From: Octopus sinensis
Taxonomy: Eukaryota
Direction of reading: 5' to 3'
NCBI RefSeq assembly: GCF_006345805.1
Contig: NC_043021.1
Span: forward strand, 4,340,001-4,404,000
DNA length: 64,000 nt
The notes under the pieces were generated by a model that saw only the letters and a program-made list of their open reading frames with translations, was not told the DNA's origin and did not search any database. Positions 1 through 12,234 of the stretch are shown here, piece after piece. Numbering within the stretch: the stretch's first letter is position 1; each line of letters opens with the position of its first letter. The position numbers were made by a program, and so were the translations under genes.

Positions 1-574
1 GAAACAGACTGCTAAAAGTGTATTATGACCCAAATTTCTGACATGGCATCACTAATCAATCAATATTCAACATTTATCTGAACTCATTCCCTGAGCAGAC
101 AATATGGCTAAGTTTACAGTCTGTTCATATAATCATATTACTAAAGCAGGCCACCCCTGCTGACTTTGCTGGATATATGATGTATTATTAATATGTTTAG
201 TTACACGTATTGCATAAGAGCTCTCAGGTGACAACAAATATACTATATATATACACAAGCTCACACAGACTCATCATCATCATCATCATCATCGATTTAA
301 TGTCCACTTCTTCCATGATCGCACGGGATCAAAGCGAGTTTATTGATGTAGATTTTCTACATTCAGATACATTTCCCGTCAACAATCCTCATCTGTTTGA
401 AGCAAGGTAATATTTTCCCATGACCAGATTACTGGAAATGAGTGGCACAGCTTGTATAACTGCTACACCCATTTACAACTATGGCACAATGTCGAGACAG
501 GGAGACACACATATACATACACAATGAACTTCTATCAGTTTCTATGTACCAAATTCACATCCAGTCCACGCTAT

Positions 575-1009
575 AAAGTGGTTGGTGCCTGTAAAAATCA
601 TGCCAAACCAGACCTCACCAGTGCTGGTTCCACAGAAAAAGCACTGTCTACTGTAGGGTGGTTGGTGTTAGAAAGGGTATCCAGCTGAAAAAACCATGTC
701 AAAGTAGACCTCACTAGTGCTGGTGCCACATAAAAAGCATCTAAGCCATTCTGTAAAGTGGTTGACATTAGGAAGGGCATGCAGATCTAAAAACCATACC
801 AAAACAGACCATGCTGGTGCCACAAAAAAGCACTGTCCATTCTGTAAGGTGGTTGATGTTAGGAAGGGTATCCAGCAGAAAAAAATATGCCAAGGCAGAC
901 CTCGCTAGTGCTGGTGCCACATAAAAAGCATCCAAGCCATTCTGTAAAGTGGTTGACATTAGGAAGGGCATGCAGATCTAAAAAACCATACCGAAAGAGA
1001 CCATGCTGG
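575..1009. repeat. Tandem array of ~90-97 bp units derived from the RTE-type SINE tail, with two alternating unit types
   Basis: Repeated GCTGGTGCCACA...GTGGTTG...TTAGGAAGGG(C/T)AT units; 707-895 recurs from 896 onward as a ~189-bp dimer. Confidence 0.8.
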
Positions 1010-2317
1010 TGCCATAGTAACGAAGCTGAAGCACACAGAGTAAAGCTCCTAGGCACAGGCTGACTTTCAACGCTACTGTGCATGCACACTAAGTTTTAAC
1101 GTTTTAGCTCACTTCCACTGTTTACAGCAGTGCTTGGAAGGAAGGTGTGTAGTGTGTGATCATTGCACTGATTTACAGCAGTGCTTGGAAGGAAGGTGTG
1201 TAGTGTGTGATCATTGCACTGACCATGGCAGAGAAAGCTGAGCAGAGAACCTGCATTACATTTTGCCAAAAGCTTGGTGACACCTGCTCAGAGGCCTATG
1301 CAAAGTTTTCAAAAAGTTTTCATCATTCGTGACAGCATCAAGGAGATCTTCTGCAACTGAAACCCGAGTGTCTTTTTGGTCAGCTGAAAGCAGTTTTGGC
1401 ACAAACTTGGCAGACATGCATCTCATACCCAACTCTTCAGTTATAATGGACTGAACTGAACCGTAACTGTACATCCTCTGATAATTCACGGATGGTGATT
1501 CAACAATTTCTCCTCACAGCTGCATGCACATCTGCAATGATTTTCTCAGTTCCACTGGTTGCAGGTCTCCCCAGAACATTCATCAATATTGGCATCTTTG
1601 CAGCCATCTTGGAAACATCTGTACCACTCGTACATTTGTGTAGGATGTGCAATGGCCCAGTGGTTAGGGCAGCGGACTCGCGGTCGTAGGATCGCGGTTT
1701 CGATTCCCAGACCGGGCGTTGTGAGTGTTTATTGAGCGAAAACACCTAAAGCCTCCACGTGGCTCCGGCAGGGGATGGTGGTGATCCCTGCTGTACTCTT
1801 TCACCACAACTTTCTCTCGCTCTTACTTCCTGTTTCTCTTGTACCTGTATTTCAAAGGGCCGGCCTTGTCACTCTCTGTGTCACGCTGAATATCCCCGAG
1901 AACTACGTTAAGGGTACACGTGTCTGTGGAGTGCTCAGCCACTTACACGTTAATTTCACGAGCAGGCTGTTCCGTTGGTCGGATCAACTGGAACCCTCAT
2001 CGTCGTAACCGACGGAGTGCTTCCACCACATTTGTGTGCAGCTCATACACTCCTCTCCATACGCTTTCTGCAACTTTGCGTAGGCCTCTGAGCAGGTATC
2101 ACCATGATAACTTTCTCTGTCATGGTCAATGTGACAATCACACGCTACACACCTTCCTTCCAAGCATTGCTGTAAACAGCGAAAGTAAGCTAGAATGTTA
2201 AAACTTAGTGCGCATGCACAGCAGTATTCAAGGTCAATCTATGCCAAGCAGCTTCACTCTGCATGCTTTAGTTTCGTTACTATGGCAACAGTCCAGATAC
2301 TTATTGATAAGACCTCA
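1010..2317 (-). mobile_element. Non-autonomous mariner derivative with an inverted duplicate of its 5' end
   Basis: Minus strand gives a decayed mariner N-terminus (EAYAKLQKAYGEECMS...ITIRELSEDV...SAKFVPKLLSADQK). Plus strand 1225-1307 gives a second N-terminus MAEKAEQRTCITFCQKLGDTCSEAYAK. Arms 1010-1307 and 2072-2288 are inverted. Mariner-like TIR ends at 2317 followed by TA. Confidence 0.85.
1642..2027 (+). mobile_element. tRNA-derived SINE (family D) inserted in the mariner relic
   Basis: A box TGGCCCAGTGG and B box GGTTTCGATTCC; 10-bp TSD ACATTTGTGT at 1632-1641 and 2028-2037; related copy at 22975. Confidence 0.85.
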
Positions 2318-2458
2318 TATATATATAATTGTTAAAGAGGGCAACAAACATTAAGGCAAAGCAAACATCTCAAGTCATCAGCACTTACCTAGTGTACCTA
2401 ATTGCTTAGATCACCTGTGAACTAAACCCTCATACTTTGTAGGTGTGTGTATGTGTAT

Positions 2459-2869
2459 TACTCTTTACTCTTTTACTCTTTTGCTTGTTTCAGTCATTTG
2501 ACTGCGACCATGCTGGAGCACCGCCTTTAGTCGAGAAAATCGACACCGGGACTTATTCTTTGTAAGCCCAGTACTTATTCTATCGGTCTCTTTTGCTGAA
2601 CCGCTAAGTGACGGGGACGTAAACACACCAGCATCGGTTGTCAAGCAATGCTAGGGGGACAAACACACACACACAAACACACATATATATATATATACAT
2701 ATATACGACAGGCTTCTTTCAGTTTCCGTCTACCAAATCCACTCACAAGGCATTGGTCGGCCTGGGGCTATAGCAGAAGACACTTGCCCAAGATGCCACG
2801 CAGTGGGACTAAACCCGGAACCATGTGGTTGGTTAGCAGGCTACTTACCACACAGCCACTCCTGCGCCT
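2459..2869 (-). mobile_element. tRNA-derived SINE family A (internal TA/TG microsatellite, GTAAAAGA tail)
   Basis: Head AGGCGCAGGAGTGGCTGTGTGG...GGTTCAGTCCC; more than 10 similar copies in the window. Confidence 0.9.
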
Positions 2870-3042
2870 ATTATATTGCGCCCAACGTGTATGTGTATAT
2901 AGGGCAGGCTTCTTTCAGTTTCTATCAATCAAATCCACTTAAAGTTTTGGGGCTACAGCAGTGGGGATGAAACCATAAATCACATGGTTTGGAAGCAAGC
3001 TTGTTACTCACACAGCCATTAAAGAAAACGTTGTACACAATG

Positions 3043-3083
3043 CTTTGCTGATGAGGTTTACTAAGACCAAAACATGTCCAGAG
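3043..3083 (+). ncRNA. Minimal type-I hammerhead-like motif (Penelope type), G12A variant
   Basis: Stem I CTTTG/CAGAG, core CTGATGA, stem II GGTTT/AGACC, AAA in place of GAA, palindromic ACATGT, GUC triplet. Confidence 0.65.
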
Positions 3084-4240
3084 TTGTCACTATACAGACA
3101 AAAGGTAAACTTATTCTGTTCTAGTTTAATTAACATTAAACATAAACTGACCTGAGTTGTCTCCCATGTCCTTTTTAATCAGAGTTAGTTGTTAAGATAA
3201 CAAATGGTTCTGTCCACTGTGGCTGTAAGGTTTATTAATTGAAATCTCTTTGTTCACAACATTAAACACATTAGCTTCCACTTAATTATTGGTTTCTTAT
3301 AACTGAGTCTTTGTCCATTAAAATTTTATACATTACCTACCCATATTATATGTATTTCTTTACTACCCACAAGGGCTAAACACAATATATATCCTCATGG
3401 CCAGATGTATTTTTGTTGAATAAGGAAAATGAATGACACTGCTTGTATAACAGTGATGCTCGTTTCCAGCTGTCACACTTTTTCAAGACATGGACCCTTC
3501 CCCCAACACACACACACACATGATGGATTTCTTTCAGTTTCTGTCTACCAAATTTATTCACACACTTGGTTGGCCCTTGGTTATAGTAGATGACACTTGC
3601 CCAAAATGTTTCATAGTGGGACTGAACCTGAGATCTCATGGTTGGGAAACAAGCTCCTTAACTACACAGCCATTCCTGTGCCTATGTTAGAGTCAAATAA
3701 TCTGCATTTCTTTTTGCTTCTTTGTCGATTGGGGATCAAAATAGATTTAAATGATAGAGACAATGTTAATAAGGTGGATGGATTGTGTGACAGTAGTGCA
3801 TCAGAAATGGATGATTATCAAGACAGAGTTAGATTCTGTAGCGGCATTGGTAAGATAAGTGAGAGAATGATTGCTGAGGCACCAAGTAATTGACAGGGAC
3901 GAAGTTTGTTAATTAGAGTAGAAGATCTTTAAGTAGTAAAGAGATATCGGATACAACAGAGGGAAAGGAATTTACAGTCGAGAGAGATGAATAAATAGAA
4001 AAATGGGTGTTCGATGAATGATTATGATACTATTGATTTTATTATCAAAATTAGCCTGTAGATTCAACGTTGATTCTCAGTTGAAGTAATTACATTTCGC
4101 TTAAGTCACTAATGACCATTAAAATGACATGACTGTCACTCGCTCATATAGTTCCTTTGCAAATGTTCTATTAAACCTTAGGCTTTGGTTGTATTCAGAG
4201 ACCGTTTTATTATATATTTATAATGTCATATAATATGGGT

Positions 4241-4473
4241 AGGCGGCGAGCTGGCAGAAGTGTTAGCGTGTCGGGCGAAATACGTAGCCGTATTTCGTCT
4301 GTCATTACGTTCCAAGTCCAAATTGCGCCGAGGTCGACTTTGCCTTTCATCCTTTCGGGGTTGATTAAATAAGTACCAGTTATACACTAAGGGTTGATGT
4401 AATTGACTTAATCCGTTTGTCTGTCCTTGTTTGTCCTCTCTGTGCATAGCCCCTTGTGGGTAGTAAAGAAATA
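4241..4473 (+). mobile_element. tRNA-derived SINE family B (Meta-domain-like core)
   Basis: GGCGGCGAGCTGGCAGAA head; GTCGACTTTGCCTTTCATCCTTTCGGGG...AAGTACCAG core; AAAGAAATA tail. Confidence 0.9.
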
Positions 4474-4999
4474 GGTAGCATTTGAACTGAAAATGAAAAG
4501 AGCTAAAAGAAAAGCTGTTAAGTATTTTGTCTGGGTGCAGAGATGATTCTACTAGCTCATTACCATTTTGAAAAGCAATAATCACAACGACTGAACAATG
4601 CTATACATATTCTATAACAGAATATATGTAGAGCATCTGTCATTGTGTCTGACATAAGTTGAGAGAAGACTTAGTGATTTATGTTGTCCTACAATTTATG
4701 ACTTCTAAAATTCATGTTGTCATCATTTTAAATGAAGATTATTTTTATATTCTTTTTTTAATGTGGATATTAAATGAAGATAGCATACTGGCTCTGCCAA
4801 AGAAGTTTTTACCCAGCAAAGATCCCAAGAGATTTTTGGTGGATAAAATTATATCAAGGAAATCTTGTGTGTGTATGTGAACTTAAATGGTGGGAGAATG
4901 TTAAGTAACAACGTATCACGCAAACTGTATCCCCAGTTGATATTCATACCCATCTTCATTTTGGGAACCAATTTGGAGTATTTTACAAGGTTTTGTTGA

Positions 5000-5480
5000 A
5001 GTGAAGTAGGTATTAAACTCTTCTAATCGATACAAGCTTTCGAATTTGATGTGGCAGGTGATGGCAAAGGAAAAAAACAGTGTGTTCTATCTGGTTTCCA
5101 AATGTTCTTTGCCTGTGTAAAATGTCACAAATAATTATAAAATCAATAGAATAAGTAGAGATGGAACATCCGTGTTTTAGTGTGAGGAAAAAATCTTGAG
5201 ATGCTTTCTTTCTTTGGTTGGTTTACTTTACAGTTTAGCAAAAAGATAAGAGTAAAACATCAGACTTTTGTCTCTGTAGAACAAAAGTAAGATTAGCTGA
5301 TTAGTTGGTTATCTTTTTTAGTACAATACTAAATGTTAGGAGTGATAAAATGGAGTAGAAGCCAGTGTAGTGAAACTTTTTGGTAAGAATTCTTTTTGGA
5401 GTCTGTTAGAATTTTTGGGGTTGAAGCACAGTTTAAGCATACTTAGTTTTTTGTTCACACAGGATCGTTAAAATACATAC
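5000..5480 (-). mobile_element. Heavily decayed CR1/L2-type LINE remnant
   Basis: Broken minus-strand translation (GMYFNDP...LLLHF...VLQRQKS) loosely resembles the CR1 ORF2 C-terminus; many stops. Confidence 0.35.
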
Positions 5481-7106
5481 CAGATCAATAAAAAAAAAAG
5501 AGATCTGAGTTTTTTTCTATCCTTTTCTTTACTTGTTGTCTGAAGGAAAGGACAGTAGCCATAGTTTTCACAGACTTTCCAAGACTTGTGAGATTGATAT
5601 CATTAATATTCCTTTTGACCATTGCAAGCCAACACCTGTGGGAAGGAAATAAACTGAGGCTTGACATGTGGGGGAAGGACTGGGTGTATTGATGAGTGCA
5701 AAGGTTGAGTAGGAACATATTCAGATGACCTGCTCAGGTACAGCCATGATTTGGCATCCATAGCAATGGGTCACTTCTCTCTTGTTTAGCTTACCATCAG
5801 TGTCCTACAAAGTGCAAACACCTTCCCCTTATAATGGCGAAAACAGGCAGACCTCCATACAGCTGTTTGTTGGTGGGGTGAGTTCTCCATCCCAGTTCTT
5901 AACTGGAATTTTATAAATTGTGAAGGGATGAAAAAGCTAATTCGACCTTGGTGAGAGTTGAAATTAGAATGTAAAGGACCAGAACTAAATATCTCAATGG
6001 AACTAAAATTTCCAATGTCTTGCAAGTTTCTTGGTGACCTCAGTGGAACCATGGAAAAAGTACCTAATATACTCTGTAAAAAGAGTTGGTATTAAGAAGG
6101 CCATCCAACCAGCAAAACCATGCCAAAAGCAGACATTGGAGCTTCATGCTGTCCTCTGGCTAGCCAGTTTCAACTGAACCATTCAATCTGTGCCAGCATG
6201 GAAAACAGACATTAATTAAGGATGAGGTTCTAACAATTCCATTAATCAATTGCCTATAATTTAAAAAATAATTATACAACCAATCTACCAAGCTGATGTG
6301 TCAGTCAGTTGTATCTGTAAATCTCGATAGCAAATGTGAACTTGCACCTAAGATTTGGATTGGCAACATACTAAGTCAGATCAACCCTTTGTGACCATAT
6401 TTCCAAAGAAATACTTTCTTTAGCTGATTTTAGTCACAGATTTTAGTCACAGAACCAAAGCCACATTGGGCACTGCCTTGAAAGGGTATTAATCAATCAT
6501 ATCAGCTTTGGTATTGATCTCCATTTATGGAAGTTACCTCACCTTTTAATCATCTTTTATCATTTTACACTAGTTTCAGTCACCAGACTGCGGCCATGCT
6601 GCAGCACTGCCTTGAAGGGTTTTAGTTGAACAAATAAACCTCAGTACTTATTTTTCTTTTCAAGTCTGGTACTTACTATACCCATTTCTTTTGTCAAACT
6701 GCTAAGTTACGGGGACACAATTTAACAACAGTCGTCAAGTAGGGTGGGGTTACAAAAACAAAGGCACACACACACACGCACATACACATACACACACATA
6801 CATATGTACATATGATACACACACAAACATACAAAAACACACACACAAACATACATATACACATACATATACACACATATACATGCACACACAAATACAT
6901 GCACAATGGTTTCTACAGTTTCCAAATAGCAAATTCACTCACAAAGCAGTGGTCAGCCCTGGGCTGTAGTAGGAGATACTGGCCCAAGGTGCTGCACAGT
7001 GGGACTCGGAACTATTTGGATTGCAAAGTAAGCTTCTTAATGCCTGCATAAAGTTTTACGCAACCAAACGCAGACACACACACACACATAATACCCACAT
7101 ACCAAT

Positions 7107-7137
<31 letters not shown>

Positions 7138-7216
7138 CATACATATATACACACATACATAGATACACACACATACACATATACATTTATATAAACATAC
7201 ATATAAGCTTTCAAAA

Positions 7217-7406
7217 TGTGACCTCGTGTGTACCGTTGGCGATTTTTTTTCCTCTGTCTTCCCTTTTCTGGATCTTTCCTTCTCCTATGTTTCCGACGAA
7301 GAGCTCCACTCGAAACGTTAAACCCTCCTTCTTTCCTGAGCGTCCAATAATACTATATTTGTTCCACGTCCTCGTGTTGTTGTGTTTTTGTGCTTTCTTG
7401 TTTGGA
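7217..7406 (+). mobile_element. Penelope-like element terminal fragment carrying a hammerhead-like motif
   Basis: Pyrimidine-rich segment with CCGACGAAGAGCTCCACTCGAAACGTT, the typical Penelope terminal-repeat pattern. Confidence 0.6.
7289..7323 (+). ncRNA. Minimal type-I hammerhead-like motif, U4C core variant
   Basis: Stem I GTTT/AAAC, core CCGACGA, stem II GAG/CTC, GAA, palindromic ACGT, GUU triplet. Confidence 0.55.
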
Positions 7407-7410
7407 TTAA

Positions 7411-7632
7411 CCCTTTTGATACCAACCCGGCTGAAACCACCTCTGGCTCTGTAGCATAAATGTCTTGTTTTCATAAGTTTTGAATTAAAATCTTCCACCA
7501 AACCTTGGTCACAATTTATGTTCCTAACACTAGCTTCATGATAACCAAGTTATTTTACTAAATTCTTTGTTTTATTTGAAATTAATTGACTGAAATACAG
7601 AGCATCTCAAAATAAATACGGTAACAAAAGGG
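7411..7632. mobile_element. piggyBac-type MITE, family 1 (222 bp)
   Basis: TTAA TSD at 7407-7410 and 7633-7636; TIRs CCCTTTTGATACC / GGTAACAAAAGGG. Confidence 0.85.
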
Positions 7633-8240
7633 TTAACATATATATATATACATTTACACACACACACACAAGTTATAACAGTTTCTGCCTATTAAATTTT
7701 CTTCTGACTAAACACAAACAATACCAAAATACACAGACATTTGTATTAGATGTCTAAAGTGCACTATCAGTAAAAAAAAAAAAAAAAGGAGAAAAAAAAA
7801 ACAGTAATTCTCACAAAGTAAATTACCCCATACTCGCTTTCACCTCATTAATAATGACTTAAGGAATTTCAAAAACTAACTTTAACAAGTTCACTTTCAA
7901 CTCAACAAGTTCACACTTGTTGTCTTTGAAGACAACACCTCCACACACACACACACACACATACACATGTTTATAAACACACACTAACGTCCTATGATCA
8001 TGTGATTCCAAAAGCTAACAACCGTTTTTGATTGTAATTGTAGCTTTTGTTAATAGGTTACACATCAGGCCTTTTATATCCACTAGCAGGACACGTGAAT
8101 ATTGCATGAAATAGTAAACCTATTGGGTTATTACTGCAAAACAACATTTGAGCGAGGTCGTTGTTAGAGCCGCTGTTTGTCCACACATGAAATGCCCACG
8201 GTTCTATGTTCTTTATCAGTCGCAATCAGGTTTTTCTAAC

Positions 8241-8790
8241 TCATCATCATCATCATCATCATTTAACGTCCGCTTTCCATGCTGGCATGGGTTGGACGGT
8301 TCAACTAGGGTCTGGGAAGCCAGAAGGCTGCACCAGGCCCAGTCTGATCTGGCAGTGTTTCTACAGCTGGATGCCCTTCCTAACGCCAACCACTCCGTGA
8401 GTGTAGTGGGTGCTTTTCACGTGCCACCGGCACAGGTGCCAGACAGGGATGGCAGACAGCCACAATCGGATGGTGCTTTTTACGTGCCACTGGCACGGGG
8501 ACCAAACGAAGCTGGCAACTGCCACGGTCGGATGGTGCTTTTTATGTGCCACTGGTACGGAGGCCAGTCGGGCGGCGCTGGCTACGGCCACGTTCGGATG
8601 GTTCTCTTACGTGCCACCGGCACTGGTATCACAGCTACAAATTCCATTGATGTTGATAGATTACGATTTTGATTTTGATCTTGATCTTCACTTGCCTCAA
8701 CAGGTCTTCACAAGTGGAGTTTTGTGTCCCAAGAAGGAAAGGAATGCATAGGTGGGCTGGCTACATCCCAGGTGTAGGCCACGGGATTAC
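8241..8790 (-). mobile_element. RTE-related SINE family C with internal ~50-bp hairpin minisatellite
   Basis: (GAT)n tail, RTE-like GGAAGGGCATCCAGC 3' motif, repeated GGTGCTTTTTACGTGCCACCGGCAC units. Confidence 0.8.
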
Positions 8791-9330
8791 GGGCCCCACT
8801 TGTCCTATGTAAAATTCTGGTAGCTCATCAATTCTTTTTCTCTAGTAAACTTTCGTCTGAAAAAGACCTGCCCAAAGCACTGGATTCTCCACTCCCGATA
8901 GCAAGTTCATTGTACTCTTTTGATTGATTTCACTAAACAAAACATACACACACACACACACACACACAGGGTACCAAGAAAACAAATCCAGAAATGAACA
9001 GCTGTCAATCAATTATTAATAAAATTCAATATTAAATGTAAAAAACTATCAGTTGAAAAAAACAATTAAGCAATTCTCAATTTGATCTTTGCTGGTCCAC
9101 AATTGCATTTTTATTTTTAATCAAAACAACCTTCGGTGGAATTTGCCACTTTAATATCAAACAAGTTTTATTCTTTCGTAATCCAGAGAATAAAAAATTC
9201 CAGAAATTTAAAGGAAAATTAACTCAGGACATTAAAATTAGAATCATACAAACAACACCTGTTCCTCTCCTACAATTCCACCACAAACAACAGCAATTCC
9301 ACCATTTTATGCATTTCATATTAATTTCTG

Positions 9331-9546
9331 GAATGGTTGTATACTGTCAATCTAACAAGAACGTGACAGTAGGGGGTACACCACCGCTGTATAGCCCTAG
9401 GAAGCATCGAACGCCTCCTGATGGCTTTGACACATTTTTCCCTGTGTCAAAGCCATCAGGAGGCGTTCGATGCTTCCTAGGGCTATACAGTGGTGGTGTA
9501 CCCCCTACTGTCACAGTCTTGTTAGATTGACAGTATACAACCATTC
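9331..9546. repeat. Near-perfect fold-back inverted repeat (104-bp arms, 8-nt loop)
   Basis: 9331-9434 is the reverse complement of 9443-9546 with 3 mismatches; near-identical ORFs appear on both strands in the track. Confidence 0.95.
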
Positions 9547-9920
9547 TATCGCCCCACCACCATACATGTCTCTACGAGAGATTTAGAAATTCAGTATTTC
9601 TTATATTAATTTCTATTTTTCTGAAATTTCAGACACTTTTCTATATTCAACCTATCTTATTCAAAATGATCTTACATCATTCAGTAATTAATAAGAATAT
9701 CATTAGAATGACAGGTATGTAAATGTCAATTGAAAACAAAGCACAAGTGAGGTTCAAAATGTGGGTGAGCCTTCAGGATGAACAAAAAAATTATTTCTCA
9801 AACTAGCATAAGGTTAACCCTTTTGATACCAACCTGCCTGATCTTGCCCCTGGTTCCCTGATATAAACTTTGATGGCACGCAATGCTCTCTCACTCAACA
9901 ACAACAACAATAATAATAAC

Positions 9921-10323
9921 ACTCTTTACTCTTTTACTTGTTTCAGTCATTTGGCTGTGGCCATGCTGGAGCACCGCCTTTAATCAAGCAACTCGACCCC
10001 AGAACTTATTCTTTTGTAAGCCCAGTACTTATTCTATCGGTCTCTTTTGCCGAACCGCTAAGTAACGGGGACGTAAACACACCAGCATCGGTTGTCAAGC
10101 AATGCTAGAGGGACAAACACAGACACACAAACATATACACACACATATATATATATATATACACATATATATGACAGGCTTCTTTCAGTTTCCATCTACC
10201 AAATCCACTCACAAGGCTTTGGTCAGCCCGAGGCTATAGCAGAAGACACTAGCCCAAGATGCCACGCAGTGGGACTGAACCCGGAACCATGTGGTTGGTT
10301 AGCAAGTTACTTACCACACAGCC
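9921..10323 (-). mobile_element. SINE family A
   Basis: Near full-length match to other family A copies. Confidence 0.9.
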
Positions 10324-10381
<58 letters not shown>

Positions 10382-11599
10382 TGTCAAATGCTTTGGTGTA
10401 TGACTTTTTGTCTACTCTGTACATTTTATTCAGCTAAGGCAACTCCAGAGCCTCAGAGTGGAATCTAAATCTACAAGAAATAACAGCCATAATCGCCTTC
10501 AAATCACACTATTGGAAAAAAAAAATAATAAGACATAAGATAATATAGGTAAGCCGTTGTGACAGCTGGAATGTCTCTGATCAAAGGTCTGCTCAATCAA
10601 GGTTGACCTGGGGTTAAACAACAACATTACTTGTCCCACATTATCATATCTAGTTCCAAGTGTACTTTCTATTCAAGTGTTTCAATGTCATTGAGTAAAG
10701 AAAAAAAAAAGCAAGAGATCAATTTACCTCTCTCTCCTTTTTTTTTTTTTTCTGTTTTGCTTTGTTTTTTTTTACATTATTTCTGAAATTCCGAGTAAAA
10801 TTATACACTATTCACTCTTTAATCAGAAGTAATGGAAATTGCCAACCAGACATTAACACTTTCATGACAACAGTGTTCTAATAAATAACACCCACTTCGC
10901 TTTTCAGAATTTAAAAACAAAAATTTGGTGAGATTTTGTGTGTGTGTGTGTGTGTGTATGTGTGTGATCGTCATCATCATCATCATTTAACATCTGTTGT
11001 CCATGCTGGCATGGGTTGGATGGTTTGACCAGGGCTGTGAAGTTGGAAGGCTGCACCAGACTCCAGTCTGATTTGGCATGGTTTTCTACAGCTGGATGCC
11101 CTTCCTAACGCCAACCACTCTGAGAGTGTAATGGGTGCTTTTACATGCCACTGGCATGGGTGCCATTTGCATGGCACCAGTATCTGCCATGACTGTGACT
11201 GCTCAGCTTGATGGACCTTCTCAAGCACAACATAATCCCAAAGGTCTCAGCCATTGCCTCCATTAGACCTAGTGCTCAAAAGGAACTCAGCTACTTTGCC
11301 TCTGTGAGGCCCAACGCTTGAAAGGAACTCAGCCACTTACATATAGGGCCAACACTTGAAAGGAACTTAGTCATTTACATATAAGGTGTGATAGGTAAAT
11401 TGTCACTATTTCATACTATCAATTTTGCACATGTGCATTGTTTGTTTTTGCTTATACTATACTACACAGTATAGTAGGGTCAGGTGGGCACTGTCTCTGA
11501 GAAAAACAGCACCATGACACAATTCACTCTGCTAGAAATTTGGAAAACAATATGCTGTACTGCTCGGCATTCATGCCAGAAGCTCCAATACAAACATGT

Positions 11600-11975
11600 A
11601 CTGAGAGTGATAAAAATCAAACATCCAGTCAGCATCATGGTGTTTGGAGTGATCACTAATGATGGCAACGTTAGGTCTCCAGTCATCTTCCCACATGGCC
11701 TCATCAAGTGCCTGGAAGAGGTAGTGCTGCCCTCGGTCAAGAGGGTGGCTGTTAGAAGACCCTATGTCAGGCAACAGGACTCTGCACCATGCCATGCAAG
11801 CAGGAGAACCCAGTCATGGTTGCCAGGCATCACCCCTAACATCTGACCACCTAATCCCCAGACTGCAACCCCCTTGATTATTATGCATGGGGCACAGTTG
11901 AGCAAGAAACCAATAAAACTCCTTGTAACACCGAAGATGAACTGAAGGCAAGGACTATGGCAGCATTCCAGAAAA
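11600..11975 (+). pseudogene. Decayed Tc1/mariner-superfamily transposase, catalytic half (maT/rosa-like motifs)
   Basis: KHPVSIMVFGVIT...QQDSAPCHASRRTQSWL...then a frameshifted PLDYYAWGTVEQETNKTPCNTEDELKAR. Confidence 0.75.
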
Positions 11976-12234
11976 GTTGCAGGAAGGCCGTGGTCAAAGC
12001 CAACGACAATTTTATTGAATGAATTAACACTTCAGTATTTCAAGATATTTTTATATAATTTTGCTAAATACATCTGTCAACAAAATGAAAACAAGACTTT
12101 CAGATAAGTGCCAAGGTTTATATGACCAATTAAGCACTTGTAAGAAGTACACCGCCATGGCCACAGTCCAATGAATGAAGCCAATAAAAGAGAATGGACA
12201 TTAAAATAGATTGAATGGGTGTATGTGGGCATGA

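Noticed and set aside
1645-1720. tRNA-like sequence as a real tRNA gene
   Set aside because: It continues into a SINE body, is flanked by a TSD and has a second copy at 22975, so it is a SINE head
2389-2414. 26-nt minus-strand segment with good splice sites
   Set aside because: Stops in all three frames; it cannot be supported as coding without RNA data
8400-8620. Repeat-spacer pattern resembling a CRISPR array (also 16820-17030 and 24480-24780)
   Set aside because: The spacers are related to each other, the array lies inside a dispersed eukaryotic SINE, and there are no cas genes
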